From an uncultured Chloroflexia bacterium (GTDB taxonomy: Bacteria; Chloroflexota; Limnocylindria; QHBO01), in NCBI GenBank assembly GCA_963827475.1, contig CAWHAZ010000005.1:352001-416000 (forward strand): 64,000 bases of DNA. Reading direction: 5' to 3'. Position 1 is the first letter of the stretch. Every line of letters begins with the position of its first letter. This document shows positions 32,154-43,795 of this stretch, piece by piece. A model generated the notes under the pieces. It did no database searches. It worked only from the letters and a program-made list of their open reading frames with translations, and was not told the DNA's origin. A program made the position numbers and the translations under genes.

Positions 32154-33551
32154 CTAGGCTTCCTCGACGGCCGCGAAGCGGCGGACGACCTCGTCGAGAA
32201 CCGGGACCCCGAACCGGATGGCGCTCACCGGCACACGCTCGTCGTGGCCGTGGAACACCTCGAGGAACGGGGCGCCGTCCAGGCGGAGCGGGACGAAGCC
32301 GTAGGTCGGGATTCCGAGCGTGGCAAGCGCCTTCGCATCGGTTCCGAGCGTGATCATCATCGGCAGGGCGACGGCGTCGGGGTCGGCGCGCCGGAGCGCG
32401 TCGCGCATGAGGCCGACGATGGGTGCGGCAGGATCAGCTTCGATCGCCGGCATGCTCATCACCGCCTCGACCGTCACGTCCGGCCCGGCCAGGTCCTGGA
32501 GCCGCGCGGCGAGCGCCGCCTGGTCCGTGCCGGGCAGGGTGCGGACGTCGATCTCCGCCATCCCGTGGCCGGGGATGACGTTCACCTTGGTCCCGACCTG
32601 GAGCACGGTCGGGGTGATCGTGTCCCGCAGCATGGCGCCCAGGGAGCGGCGAAGCGTCGGATCCGCGACTGCCTGGTCGAGCGCGGCGCGTGCCGCACGG
32701 TGATCGCCGGGCACGAGGTCCGCGACATCGCCCAGGCCGAGGGCGGCGAAGAACTCGCGGACCACCGGTGGGCGGGTCGCCGCTGGGCGGCGGCGTCGGC
32801 CAGGCGGGCCACGGCCTCGGCCAGGCGGATGGCGGGATTCTCGGCGTGGGGCATGCTGCCGTGGCCCGGCGTCCCCGTGGCGTGGAGCCGGGTCCAGATG
32901 ATGCCCTTCTCCGCCACCTGGATCGCGTACGCCCGCCGGTCACCGATCGTCATCGAGTACCCGCCGACCTCGTTCAGGGCCGCCGCCGCCGGGCCGGCCT
33001 CGGACGAGAACAGGTCCGGGCGGGCGCTGACCCAGTGCCGCGCGCCGTGCTCCCCGCCGGCCTCCTCGTCCGCGACGGCGGCGAAGATGACGTCCCGTCG
33101 CAGCGGGACGCCGGATCGGCGCAGGCCGACCATGACCGCCAGCTCCATGGCCACCATGTCCTTCATGTCCACCGCGCCCCGGCCCCACACCACGCCGTCG
33201 ACCAGCTCCCCGCCGAACGGGTCGCGGGACCAGGCGTCGGCCTCGACGGGCACGACGTCGATGTGGCTGAGGAGGACCAGTGGCGGCTCCGGGCTCGTGA
33301 CCGAGGGGTCGGCCGCGGAGCCGCGCGAAGCAGCTCCCCCGGCCCGGCGCGGCCTCGAGCACCTCCGCCGCGACTCCCGCGGCGGTGAGGACCTCGGCGC
33401 AGTAGCGGGCGGCCGCCGTCTCCCCGCCGGTCGAGTCTCGCCCGGCCGCGGTCAGCGGGTCGCCCGGGGGGTTGACCGACGGGATGCGGATGAGCTCCCG
33501 GAGATGGGTGATGGCCTCGTCGGCGTCGGCGGTGGGCGGGACGGCGTTCAC
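32154..33551 (-). CDS. M20/M25/M40-family metallo-hydrolase (frameshifted)
   Basis: SHIDVVP, WGRGAVDMK, ADEEAGG, LNEVGG, GTDAK, HGHDER spread across three frames. Confidence 0.85.
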
Positions 33552-34505
33552 GGATCGCGAACGCGAGCGGGGACTGTGGCCAGCTGCCCGTCCGACACGG
33601 CTTCGGCGGCCGCCTGGTCCCGCCGCTGGTCAACCAGCCGTGAGACCCCGATGTCGGCCACGAGCAGCGCCACCGAGGTCAGCAGCAGGACCGGCTCCGC
33701 GGTGGCCAGGCCCATGAGCAGCAGGGCGAGCAGGAAGAAGCCGTGCATCGAGAAGCGGGTGAAGAACGCGAGGCGGAGGTCGACGATGGCGGCGGCCTGG
33801 CCGTTCGGCGCCAGCCGCCCCGATCCGAAGGTTCCTGCCCAGGAGATGGCCACGAAGACGATGAGCGTCAGCCCGAACAGCCACAGGCCGCCGCCCGGCT
33901 CGGCGTTCGTGAGCTCCATGATCATGGCGAACGGGATGATCGAGGTCAGGAGGATGGCAAACGCCGGGATCGGAACGCCGAGCTGGAGCCACTCCAGCTG
34001 AGGGCGGGTCGCGGCGACATCGCGCAGCCATCGGCTCAGCAGGCTGAAGCCAAGGGTGACGAACAGCCAGGCGTAGAAGTTGCCGGCCGGGACGCCGAAC
34101 CAGCCCTGGTCCAGGTCCGACGCCGACCCAGGTCCACATCCCCATCCGGATGGCGACCGCGTCGAAGGCGAGGTCGAGCATGATCACGAGCACCGCATCG
34201 ACGAACGGCGCCGTCCAGCGGCGAACGCCGAGGGCGTCGGTGATCCGCATCGCGCCGGCGATGAGCAGCGCCCAGGTGAGGCCGATGACCAGCGGGGCTC
34301 GGTCGAGGACCAGCACCCAGTCGGGGCTGTAGTGGTAGGTCTGGAAGATGAGCTGGTCGCCTTCCTCCAGCAGGAGGCCGAAGGCCGCCGCGCTGAGGAG
34401 CTCGAGGAACGGCAGCCGGCCGCGGCGGAGCGCGGCAACCGCCGCCCCGACGAACAGGAGCGACGCCGCGACCTCGAGGAAGAAGAAGACGGGGTTCACC
34501 GGCAC
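33548..34505 (-). CDS. Carotenoid biosynthesis (CruF/DUF422-like) membrane protein (frameshifted)
   Basis: GLLLEE...PLVIGLTW...DLAFDAVAIRMGMWTW...GVPAGNFYAW. Confidence 0.65.
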
Positions 34506-34563
34506 GGCTCGATCATAGGGGGGCCCGGTTCGGACGGCCAAGAGGCGGTCGTAGAATGCCGGC

Positions 34564-36007
34564 ATGACCACCGAGGTGCGCGCGCCGAGCGTCCCGATCT
34601 ACCTCGCCGGCGAGTTCGTCGAGGCCGGGACCCCGCTCGAGGTCCGCAACCCGGCCAGCGGGGAGCTGGTGGCCACCACCTGGCAGGCGGGCCCCGACGA
34701 GCTGGAGCGCGCCACCGCGGCGGCGTCGAGCGCCTTCGCCCAGACCCGACGGCTCGCCAGCTTCGAGCGGCGGGACGCGCTCCAGCACGTGGCGGACTGC
34801 ATCGCCCGTGACGCGGACGAGCTGGCCGAGCTGCTCACCCGCGAGTCGGGCAAGCCGATCCGCGACGCCCGGGCCGAGGTCGCCCGCGGCAGCCTGACGT
34901 TCCGGACCGCGGCCGAGGAGGCGCTCCGCATCAACGGGGAGTGGATCCCCCTCGATTGGACGGCCGCCAACCGGGGACGGAGCGGCATCGTCCGCCGCTA
35001 CCCGATCGGCCCGGTGGCCGGCATCAGCCCGTTCAACTTCCCGCTCAACCTGGCTGCGCACAAGGTCGCGCCCGCGATCGCCGCCGGCTGCCCGATCGTG
35101 CTCAAGCCGCCGAGCAAGGACCCGCTGGTCGATGCTCCGGGTGGCCGGCTACCTGGCCGAGACGGACCTGCCCGCCGGCGCGGTGAGCATCCTGCCCATG
35201 GACCGCCCCACCGGTGACCGGATGGTCGCGGACGATCGGTTCAAGCTCCTCAGCTTCACCGGCAGCCCCAGCGTGGGCTGGAAGATGAAGACCGATGCCG
35301 GCCGCAAGAAGGTGGTCCTCGAGCTGGGCGGCAACGCCGGGGTCATCGTCGACGAGACCGCCGACCTCGACTGGGCGGTCGCGCGGCTGGTGTTCGGCGC
35401 CTTTGCCTACGCCGGTCAGGTCTGCATCAGCGTCCAGCGCATCTACGTCGTGGAGTCGATCTATCCCGAGTTCGAGCGGCGCTTCGTCGAAAAGGTGCGC
35501 GAGGTGAAGATGGGCGATCCGCTCGACCCGGCCTCGGACCTCGGACCGATGGTCGACGAGGCGGCGGTGGCCCGGACCGATACGTGGGTCCGCGAGGCGC
35601 TGGCCGACGGAGCGCGGGCCCTGACCGGGGGCACGGCCGACGGGCTGTTCTACGCGCCCACCATCCTCGTCGACGTGCCCCGGGACGCTCGGGTCTGCGG
35701 GGAGGAGGTCTTCGCCCCGGTCGTCAACCTGTTCCCCGTTCCGGATTTCGCGGCCGCCCTGCGCGAGATCAACGACAGCCGGTTCGGGCTCCAGTGCGGG
35801 GTGTTCACGAGCTCACTGGAGCGAACTCTCGCCGCCCACGACGAGCTGGAGGTCGGCGGCATCATCGTCAACGACGTGCCCACCTGGCGGACCGACGCCA
35901 TGCCCTACGGCGGGGTCAAGGACTCCGGACTCGGCCGCGAGGGCCTGCGCTGGTCGATCGAGGACATGACCGAGCCCCGCCTGCTGGCCTTTGCCCGCCC
36001 GCTCTGA
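34564..36007 (+). CDS. Aldehyde dehydrogenase family protein (frameshift near 35130)
   Basis: ISPFNFPLNL, FTGS, LELGGN, GQVCIS, EEVFAPV, MPYGGVKDSG. Confidence 0.92.
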
Positions 36008-36352
36008 GTGACCCAGGCCGCCACCCGCTTCGTCCGGATCCTGCCCGCCGCGGACCTCCAGGACGGGGAGCTGATCCCGGTCGCCATCGACGGCCGGCCG
36101 GTGGTCCTCGTCCGCCACCAGGGTGAGTTCTTCGCGGTCCAGAACAACTGCACGCACAAGGACTACCCCCTGTCCGAGGCCGGATTCGACGCCCGGGACG
36201 GGGTCCTGGTGTGCGCCTGGCACGACGGCTGCTTCGACGTCCGGACCGGCGCCGCGGTCGCGCTGCCGGCGACCGAGCCGGTCGAGACCTTCCCCACCCG
36301 GGTGGATGCCGACGGCTGGGTCGAGATCGGTCTGACCGGGAGCCTGCAATGA
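36008..36352 (+). CDS. Rieske [2Fe-2S] ferredoxin
   Basis: CTH...CAWH motifs, FDVRTG. Confidence 0.9.
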   Translation: MTQAATRFVRILPAADLQDGELIPVAIDGRPVVLVRHQGEFFAVQNNCTHKDYPLSEAGFDARDGVLVCAWHDGCFDVRTGAAVALPATEPVETFPTRVDADGWVEIGLTGSLQ

Positions 36353-37129
36353 GCATCGAGGCGCTGCCCTACGTCAACTGGATCTTCTGGGGGGCGCTGT
36401 CGGGCGGCACCCTGCTGGCGGTCGGCCTGACCGAGTGGCTGGGCGGCACGACCCGCGGCTACCGCCTGTTCATGGCCGTCGCGGTGCTGGCCGGCGCCGC
36501 GATCTGGCTCGCCTCCGAGATGGGCCTGGCGCCGGTGCCCGCCACCGACGCCACCGCCGAACTCCGTCGCGCGCTTGGTCTGGGCTCTTCGGCGGCCTCG
36601 CCCTCGCGTACGCGATCGCCCTGTGGCGGACGTGGCCGCGGACCGGGCTGCGCCGTCGGCGGGGGAGCGGCCGGCATCGCGGCCCTGGTGAGCCTCGCGG
36701 TAGCCGGAGGTACGGCCAACCCCGACCCTGTTCGCCGCCGGGCTGGTGGCCGCAGCGGTGGCCCTCGGATCGGTCAATGCCGCCATGCTGCTCGGCCACT
36801 GGTACCTCGTCACCCCCAAGCTGTCTCCGGCCCCGCTCCGCCGGCTGATCTGGGTCCTGATCGGCGCCCTGGTCGCGGAGGGCCTCCTGGCCGCGTGGTC
36901 GCTGGTCGTCTCCGGCGCGGATCTCACGGGCGACACGACCTGGCTCATTGGCCTGCGCTTCGGAGTCGGCATCGTCCTGCCGCTCGCCATCGCCGTCGCG
37001 GCGCTGCTCGCCTCCCGGGCCGCCTCGCTGCAGGCCACGACCGGCCTGCTGTACATCGGGTTGGCGATGGTCATGGCCGGCACCATCGGCGCCGCCTCGC
37101 TCAGCTACCTGGGCGGGACCCCGGTCTAG
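36349..37129 (+). CDS. Conserved polytopic membrane protein (frameshifted)
   Basis: Multiple TM segments; AMLLGHWYL and ATTGLLYI motifs. Confidence 0.65.
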
Positions 37130-37133
37130 GCCG

Positions 37134-37796
37134 ATGCGCGTCGTCGTTCGCTGCTTCGCCACCCTCCGCGAGGCGAGCGCCGCGCGCTCGGAGCTCGAGC
37201 TGGCCGACCCCGCGTCCGTCGACACGGCCTGGGCCACCCTCGCGGCGCGGTACCCCGCCATCGAGCCGCATCGGTCCTTCACCCAGCCTGCCCGCAACGG
37301 GGTGGCCGTCGGCTGGGACGAACCGCTTGGCGAGGGTGACGAGGTCGCCTTCCTGCCGCCGGTCTCGGGTGGGGGCGACACGCCCACGGTCGGCCTGAGC
37401 GACGGACCGATCGACGTCGAGGCCCTGGAGCGGATCGCGGGCGCCGGCCACGGGGCGGTGGTCACCTTCGTCGGCCGCGCCCGCAACCGCGGCGACGACG
37501 GCCGGGAGGTCACCGGCCTCGAGTACGAGGCCTACCCCGAGATGGCGGAGGCGACCCTGCGGGCGGTGGCCGGCGAGGTGCCGGAGCGCTGGCCGGACTG
37601 CTCGGTCGCGGTCGTGCACCGAATCGGGACCGTGCCCATCGGCGAGGCGGCAGTGGTCATCGTGACCGCGGCCCCGCATCGGTCAGACGCGTACGAGGCG
37701 AATCGGTATGTCATCGAGGCCATCAAGGCTCGGCTGCCGATCTGGAAGCTCGAGCACTTCGCCGATGGCTCCCGCTGGAAGCGCCCGGGGGCTTAG
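37134..37796 (+). CDS. Fused MoaD-MoaE molybdopterin converting factor
   Basis: FATLRE...GDEVAFLPPVSGG (MoaD) followed by GAVVTFVG..R, LEYEAY, HRIG, PIWKLE (MoaE). Confidence 0.88.
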   Translation: MRVVVRCFATLREASAARSELELADPASVDTAWATLAARYPAIEPHRSFTQPARNGVAVGWDEPLGEGDEVAFLPPVSGGGDTPTVGLSDGPIDVEALERIAGAGHGAVVTFVGRARNRGDDGREVTGLEYEAYPEMAEATLRAVAGEVPERWPDCSVAVVHRIGTVPIGEAAVVIVTAAPHRSDAYEANRYVIEAIKARLPIWKLEHFADGSRWKRPGA

Positions 37797-37805
37797 GATC
37801 GACCG

Positions 37806-37976
37806 ATGGACAGCGAGTACCGCGAGCCCTCGTGGCGCGGCGTGATCCTGACCCTCGTCGCGGTCATCGTCGTGCTCGCCGGGCTCGTCTTTCTCACCTC
37901 GTACGTCCTGCAGCAGGCCTGCGATCCAGGCACGGTGAGCTGCGCTATCCCGTCGGCGCCTGATCCAGGGAACTGA
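37806..37976 (+). CDS. Small single-TM protein (56 aa)
   Basis: MDSEYREPSWRGVILTLVAVIVVLAGLVFLTSYVLQQACDPGTVSCAIPSAPDPGN*; TAGGAT 6 nt before the ATG. Confidence 0.6.
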   Translation: MDSEYREPSWRGVILTLVAVIVVLAGLVFLTSYVLQQACDPGTVSCAIPSAPDPGN

Positions 37977-38483
37977 CGCCCGCCAGGAAGGCACGGACCT
38001 CGTCCGAGGACCGGAGACGAACCACCGCGAGGTGGGGGTGCGCGGCGAGCAGCCGCGGGTAGTCGCGTCGCCGGCGCTCGAACGTCGTCCAGGCCCAGAG
38101 GACGATGGAGTCGCGGCTGAGCGTGGTGCGCAGGCTCTCCCGGTTTCCATTCCACAGGACTTCGCGGCTGACCATCCGCCGGATCGTGCGGGAGATCACG
38201 CGCCACATGACGACCGGTCGCGACAGATCGAGCCAGACGACCGTGTCGGCGCGCTGCCAGACGATGTCGCGGACGGCGCTGTAGTTGCCATCGATGACCC
38301 ACGCGTCCTCGGCGGAGGCGTCGGCGACCCGCGTGCGGAGGACCGGCGTCGGGACGCTCTGCCAGTCCGGACCCAGGACAGCGCGTCGAGCTCGACGTGC
38401 CGGATACCCAGGCGGTCGGCGAGCGCCGCGGCGACCGTCGTCTTCCCGGAGCCGCTCGTTCCGATCACGTTGACCCGGCGCAT
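37945..38483 (-). CDS. Adenylate-kinase-like P-loop protein (FlaR type), frameshifted
   Basis: RVNVIGTSGSGKTT, WVIDGNY, ADTVVWLD, LWNGNRES. Confidence 0.8.
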
Positions 38484-38548
38484 GCCGGCGGAGGATAGCG
38501 GGGTGCCCGGTGGCGCCGAAGTGATCCGTCGGGGCACAATGCGCGCCA

Positions 38549-39781
38549 ATGCCTGATACCGGTGGCGACGTCCTGTGCCCGACCTGTGGCCAGTGGACGC
38601 CCCCAGCCCCCTTCTGCACCGAGTGCGGAGCGACCCTGCAGGTTGGCTTCCGTGAGCCCGGCGAGAGCGGCGACGGCGCCTTTCGTCGCGGCCACGAGGT
38701 AGACCAGCCGGGCTCGCCGTGGGGCCCGGGTGAGCGCTTCGAGCCGGAGCCGGAGGACCAGGCGGCTCGTGCGGCGGCCGCCGCGGCCGCCGCAGCCGCC
38801 GGGGCGGCTGGAGCCGCTGGAGCAGCCCGCGTTGATCACCTGGCCGAGGCCGAAGAGGCCGAGCCTCCGTGGCCGCCGGTCGATTCCGCGGCCGCCACGC
38901 CGCCTCCCGCCGACGTGCCTGTCGAGGGCCCTGAGCCCGAGCCTCCCCCTGCCCCGAAACGTCGGACCCGGGCGAAAACCGCCGCGGCCGCCGCCGGGGT
39001 CGCGGCGGCGGGTGCTGCAGCTGGTGCCACCGCCGGGGCCGCCGCGGCAGCGGCATCACCGCCATCGACACCCGAGCCGGCTAGCCCCGAGGCTTCGGCT
39101 CCCGAGCCGCCTCCTGCCGTCGAACCACCTCCCGCCGCACCCCCGCCGCCTCCTGCCGCACCCCCGCCCGTCACGTATGCCGGACCGCCGCGGGACGGTG
39201 ACGACGGCAACAGCGGCGTCTCCGGGCTGGTGTTCGTTGTCTTCCTCGGGATCGGCGTCCTTGCTCTCCTGGGCGGCGCCGTCCTCGGAGGCGTCTTCGA
39301 TGGCCCGGTCGCCGAAGCCTCGCCGACGCCCTCGATCACGGCGTCGACGCCGACCCCGGAGCCGCTGTCATCGGCCACGCCGGAGTCCTCGGCCCTCCCC
39401 ACCGCGCCCGGACCCACTCCCACGCCTGCCGTCACCCCGCCTCCGGCGGCGGATGGGTTCCTGGCACGGGCCGAGCCGTGCGCCGAGCCGCCGAGCAGTC
39501 CGACCTGCGACAACAGCGGCGCCGAGAACAACGGCGACGTCTGGATCCTGGTCAGCTTCCGCCACGCTCAGCCGACCGACGCCATCGCGGTGAGCATCCA
39601 CGACGACTCAGGGGCGTCGGTCGCTCAGAGCAACCCGATCCCACTTGCCTTCTGCGGCGCGAACACCGACTGCGCCGGCTGGACGTTCTTCGATTTCCAC
39701 GGCCTGGACGACGGCGACTACGAAGCGCGCGTCACCCGCAACGGGACCCAGGCCGCGACGACCGAGTTCACGGTCAACTGA
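38549..39781 (+). CDS. Zinc-ribbon, Pro/Ala-rich single-pass membrane protein
   Basis: CPTCG...FCTECG, TM helix, Cys-containing extracytoplasmic domain. Confidence 0.7.
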   Translation: MPDTGGDVLCPTCGQWTPPAPFCTECGATLQVGFREPGESGDGAFRRGHEVDQPGSPWGPGERFEPEPEDQAARAAAAAAAAAAGAAGAAGAARVDHLAEAEEAEPPWPPVDSAAATPPPADVPVEGPEPEPPPAPKRRTRAKTAAAAAGVAAAGAAAGATAGAAAAAASPPSTPEPASPEASAPEPPPAVEPPPAAPPPPPAAPPPVTYAGPPRDGDDGNSGVSGLVFVVFLGIGVLALLGGAVLGGVFDGPVAEASPTPSITASTPTPEPLSSATPESSALPTAPGPTPTPAVTPPPAADGFLARAEPCAEPPSSPTCDNSGAENNGDVWILVSFRHAQPTDAIAVSIHDDSGASVAQSNPIPLAFCGANTDCAGWTFFDFHGLDDGDYEARVTRNGTQAATTEFTVN

Positions 39782-39784
39782 CGG

Positions 39785-40849
39785 TCAGCGGACCGTCTGG
39801 CGGGCCGGCTCCCGACGGTCGCGGCGGCGCGCCGCAAGCGCGCTGAGCGCCTCGAGCACGCACCGGTGGGCGGCCGCGGCCGTCACCTCTGAGACGTCGT
39901 ACGGGGGAGCCACCTCGACCACGTCCATCCCGACCAGCTCGACGGCGGCCGCCACCTGGCGCACCGCGCGCAGCAGCTCGCGGGTGAGCATCCCGCCCGG
40001 CTCCGGCGTCCCCGTGCCGGGCGCCATGCCCGGATCGATGACGTCGATGTCGACCGAGAGGTAGATGACCTCGGGGCCGTCCAGCGCCTCCGCGATCGCG
40101 TCGGTGACCACGGCTTCCGCCCCGCGGGACTCGATCTCGGTCATGAGATGCCAGCGCATCTCGCGCTCGCGCATCCAGGCCAGCGTCTCGGCCGGCGGCC
40201 AGTAGCCACGCAGCCCGACCTGGACGAAGTTGCGCCCGGCCACGGCGCCGGACTCGATGAGCCGCCGCATCGGCGTGCCGTGGGACAGGAGCTGGCCCCA
40301 GGTGTTGTCTCCGGTGTCGGCGTGGGCGTCGAAGTGGACGATGCCCAGCCGGCGCGGTGCCACGGCTTCGGCAACCGCGCTCGCCGAGGGGAACGTGATC
40401 GAGTGGTCGCCGCCGAGGACGATCGGGATCGCGCCGGCGTTCGCCACCTCGAGCACCCGCGCTCGAATGACCTGGTGGCCGCGCTCGAGTCGGCCGGGGA
40501 CGACGGGCGCGTCCCCGCCGTCGACCACGTCGAGCCAGTCGAAGGGGTCGACCCCGGTCTGGAGCGAGTGGATGTCCCCGGCGTGGTACGACGCCGCGCG
40601 GATCGCGCGCGGCCCGAAGCGGGCGCCGGGCCGGTGGCTCACCCCGTCGTCGAGCGGCGCACCGAGGATGACCACATCGGGGCGTCGCGCGGCCAGCGCG
40701 GCGCCATCGGTCACCAGCGGAAGCTTCTGGAAGGTCGTGCTGCCGAGGTAGGACGGAAGGTTGAAGTCGTCCCACTCGTGGAGTGGATCCGCGCCGTCCG
40801 GAGGAGCCGGGTCCTCTTTGCCACGACCGGGCAGGTGACGATCACTCAT
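39785..40849 (-). CDS. speB: Agmatinase (ureohydrolase)
   Basis: GARFGPRAIR, GGDHSIT, DAHAD, SHGTP, SVDIDVIDP, TGTPEPGG. Confidence 0.9.
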   Translation of the reverse strand: MSDRHLPGRGKEDPAPPDGADPLHEWDDFNLPSYLGSTTFQKLPLVTDGAALAARRPDVVILGAPLDDGVSHRPGARFGPRAIRAASYHAGDIHSLQTGVDPFDWLDVVDGGDAPVVPGRLERGHQVIRARVLEVANAGAIPIVLGGDHSITFPSASAVAEAVAPRRLGIVHFDAHADTGDNTWGQLLSHGTPMRRLIESGAVAGRNFVQVGLRGYWPPAETLAWMREREMRWHLMTEIESRGAEAVVTDAIAEALDGPEVIYLSVDIDVIDPGMAPGTGTPEPGGMLTRELLRAVRQVAAAVELVGMDVVEVAPPYDVSEVTAAAAHRCVLEALSALAARRRDRREPARQTVR

Positions 40850-40940
40850 GTGCATCGGGCCTGTCACCGGGGGCGCCGTCGCGGCGCGGAGCTGGCCCGC
40901 CGGGCGCTTCGATCGTAGCAGAGGGGGGTACCATCCGGAC

Positions 40941-41345
40941 ATGGGCGAGGGCCGCCGCAGCTACACGATCGAGGAGGCCAATGCCCTGCTGCCGGAGGTC
41001 CGGGCCGTGCTCCTGCAGCTGGCGGTGGAGAAGGGCCGGCTGGAGAACGTGGTGGCGTCGCTCGCCGCCCACGCGGGCGGGGGCGCGGGCAACGGGAACG
41101 TGGCGCATGCCGACGCCATGGCCCGTTCGGAGGCCGAGATGACCGAGATCGGGGGCGGGATGCGAGCCCTGGTCGAGCATCTCGAGTCGCTCGGGATCGA
41201 GGTCCGCGACCTCGAGCAGGGGCTGGTCGACTTCCCCGGCGAGCGGGACGGGCGGCCGGTCTGGCTGTGCTGGCTGCTCGCCGAGCCAGCCGTCGAACAC
41301 TGGCACCCGATCGACGAGGGGTTCGCCGGCCGTCTGCCCTGGTGA
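40941..41345 (+). CDS. DUF2203-family protein
   Basis: YTIEEANALLP...DLEQGLVDFP...LCW..EP.V.HWH...GFAGR. Confidence 0.85.
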   Translation: MGEGRRSYTIEEANALLPEVRAVLLQLAVEKGRLENVVASLAAHAGGGAGNGNVAHADAMARSEAEMTEIGGGMRALVEHLESLGIEVRDLEQGLVDFPGERDGRPVWLCWLLAEPAVEHWHPIDEGFAGRLPW

Positions 41346-42265
41346 GCGGACCGATGCGCTTCGTGGTGGTGGGTGACGCGACGCTGGACGTCACCGTCCG
41401 CGACGCGGCCCCGGTGCCGGGCTCCGACCACGCGGCCGCGATCGCGGTCGGGCCGGGCGGGCAGGGCGCGAACCTCGCCGTCCGACTTGCCCGGCAGGGT
41501 GCCACGGTCCGCCTGGTGACCGCCGTCGGGCCGGACGCCGCCGGTCGGCAGCTGGAGGCCCTCCTCGCCGCGGAGGGCGTCGACGTGCGGAACCTCGGCG
41601 CCGCGCGGAGCGGGATCGTGGTGTCCCTCGTCGATGGTTCCGGGGAGCGGGCGATGCTCTCCGATCGCGTCTCGCTGGATCCGGCGGCGTGGTCCGAGGG
41701 ATGGGAGCTCCTGGACGATGCGGACTGGATCCACGTCTCCGGCTACCCCCTCGCGGACCCGGCCGGCGGAGCGGGCCTGGCCGACCTGGTCGGGGCACGA
41801 CCGGCAGACCAGCGCGCCAGCGTGGGCGGAGGCTCGTTCGCGGCCGGCGCCGGGATCGCGGACCGGCTGCGGGCGGCGCGACCGGACCTCGTCCTGTTCG
41901 ACCGGCTGGAGGCCGCCGCGATCGTCGGCCAGGGGGAGCCGGACGGTCTCGCGGCCGAGGCGCTGGCCGCGGGCGTCGTCGAGCGTATCGGCGGCATCGC
42001 CGTGGTGACCGATGGCCCGGCCGGGGCGGCCGTCGCCACCGCTGATGGCTCGTGGTCGGTCGCGGGCCGCCCGGAGCCGCGGGTGGACGCCACCGGCGCG
42101 GGCGACGCGCACGCGGCCGGCATCCTGCTGGCGCTTGCCGGCGGGCCGTGGCCGCCGGCGGCGGACGATCTGCGACGCGCGCTCGAGTCTGGCGGGCAGC
42201 TGGGTGCCGAGGCCGCCGGACGTGCCGGAGCCCAGGCCAGGCTGCCGTCGGAGGCCCGGTCGTGA
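41342..42265 (+). CDS. PfkB-family kinase (probable pseudouridine kinase)
   Basis: GGQGANLA and DATGAGDA motifs; overlaps psuG. Confidence 0.8.
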   Translation: MSGPMRFVVVGDATLDVTVRDAAPVPGSDHAAAIAVGPGGQGANLAVRLARQGATVRLVTAVGPDAAGRQLEALLAAEGVDVRNLGAARSGIVVSLVDGSGERAMLSDRVSLDPAAWSEGWELLDDADWIHVSGYPLADPAGGAGLADLVGARPADQRASVGGGSFAAGAGIADRLRAARPDLVLFDRLEAAAIVGQGEPDGLAAEALAAGVVERIGGIAVVTDGPAGAAVATADGSWSVAGRPEPRVDATGAGDAHAAGILLALAGGPWPPAADDLRRALESGGQLGAEAAGRAGAQARLPSEARS

Positions 42266-43183
42266 GCGGGGAGTGGCTGGCGATCAGCGCCGAGGTCCGC
42301 GACGCGCTGGAACGAGGCCACGCGGTCGTGGCCCTCGAGTCCTCCCTGGTCGCCCAGGGCCTGCCTGCGCCCGCACAACCTCGAGACGGCGCGAGCCGCG
42401 GAGGAGGCGGTCCGTGCCGCCGGCGCGGTGCCGGCCACGACCGCGATCGACGGTGGTCGGGCGGTCGTGGGCGCTGACGGCCCGCTGCTGGAGCGACTGG
42501 CGGACCCCGACGCCCACCCGGCGAAGGGCGGGTCGCGCGACCTCGGCCCGCTCCTCGGGTCCGGAGCCCTGGCCTCGACGACGGTGAGCGCGACGATGCG
42601 GATCGCCCACGCGGCCGGCATCGCGATCATGGCCACCGGCGGGATCGGCGGCGTCCACCGCGGGGCGACGCGCTCCTTCGACATCAGCGCGGACATCGAC
42701 GAGCTGGCCGCCACGCCGGTGGCCGTCGTGTGCAGCGGCGCGAAGGCGATCCTCGACCTGCCGGCCACGCTCGAGCTGCTGGAGTCCCGCCGCGTGCCCG
42801 TCGTCGGCCTGAGGACCGCGGAGCTGCCCGCGTTCTACAGCCGCGAGAGCGGGCTGCCTCTCAGCCACGTCGCGGGATCGGCGGCCGAAGCGGCAGGCTT
42901 CCTCGCCGCCCACCGGGCGGTGCCCGGGTCGGCGGGGATGCTCCTCGTCCAGCCACCGCCCGACGCGGTGGCCATTCCAGCTCCAGAGGTCGAGGCCTGG
43001 ATCGGCGCCGCGTTGCTGGCGGCGGAATCGGAGGGCATCCGGGGCGCTGCCGTGACGCCGTACCTGCTCAGCCACGTGGTGGCGGCGTCGGACGGGCGCG
43101 CCCTGCGCGCCAACATCGGTCTGATCGTGGCCAATGCCGGTGCGGCTGCCGAATTGGCCGTGGCACTCGGCGCGCTATCCTAG
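42262..43183 (+). CDS. psuG: Pseudouridine-5'-phosphate glycosidase (frameshift near 42365)
   Basis: VVALESS, TTVSATM, ATGGIGGVHRG, DISADI, SGAKAILD, VTPYLL. Confidence 0.9.
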
Positions 43184-43216
43184 CCGCGGGCCCATCACTC
43201 TCTCCGGGAGGACAGG

Positions 43217-43795
43217 ATGCGGATCTACGAGGGGAGCCCGCGACAGGACTGGGAAGAGGTCCTGCGCAGCATCGGCGCATGGGCGGACCGCGAGGTCCTC
43301 AAGGAGCTCCTCTTCCTCGAGCTCGACGGCGGCTTCCTGGTCCAGGGCATCCATGAGTCCATGGGCGGGCAATGGTCGGAGACGGGCACGTTCGCGAAGC
43401 AGACCCACGAGCTGACCGATGACCAGGTCGGCGACCTGATGGGCGAGGCGAAGGAGAACCGCGACTCGGCCACCGAGGATCACGCCGAGGTCGGCATCGC
43501 CAACTTCTACGAGCAGGCGCTCCGGATCATCGGCAAATGGCTCGACGGCGTGCAACCCCGCGACGTCTTCTTCTTCGAGCAGGGTGGGTCGTTCGTGGTC
43601 CGCGCGTTCGTCGTCGGCGCCCACGGCAAGGTCGGCCACCAGCTGTCCGAATTCACCCGGGACGAAATCGTGGCTATGATCGAGTCCGCACCGTCCGATC
43701 GCGGCCATGCGGCCGCGCCGGCGCCACCAGCTACCGAAGCGACAGCTCCGGCCAGTGAGGTGCCCGCGGCGGGCGGAACGGAGACCGAGACATGA
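43217..43795 (+). CDS. Hypothetical protein with two internal repeats
   Basis: GGAGG SD; WEEVLRSIGAWAD and YEQALRIIGKWLD halves. Confidence 0.7.
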   Translation: MRIYEGSPRQDWEEVLRSIGAWADREVLKELLFLELDGGFLVQGIHESMGGQWSETGTFAKQTHELTDDQVGDLMGEAKENRDSATEDHAEVGIANFYEQALRIIGKWLDGVQPRDVFFFEQGGSFVVRAFVVGAHGKVGHQLSEFTRDEIVAMIESAPSDRGHAAAPAPPATEATAPASEVPAAGGTETET

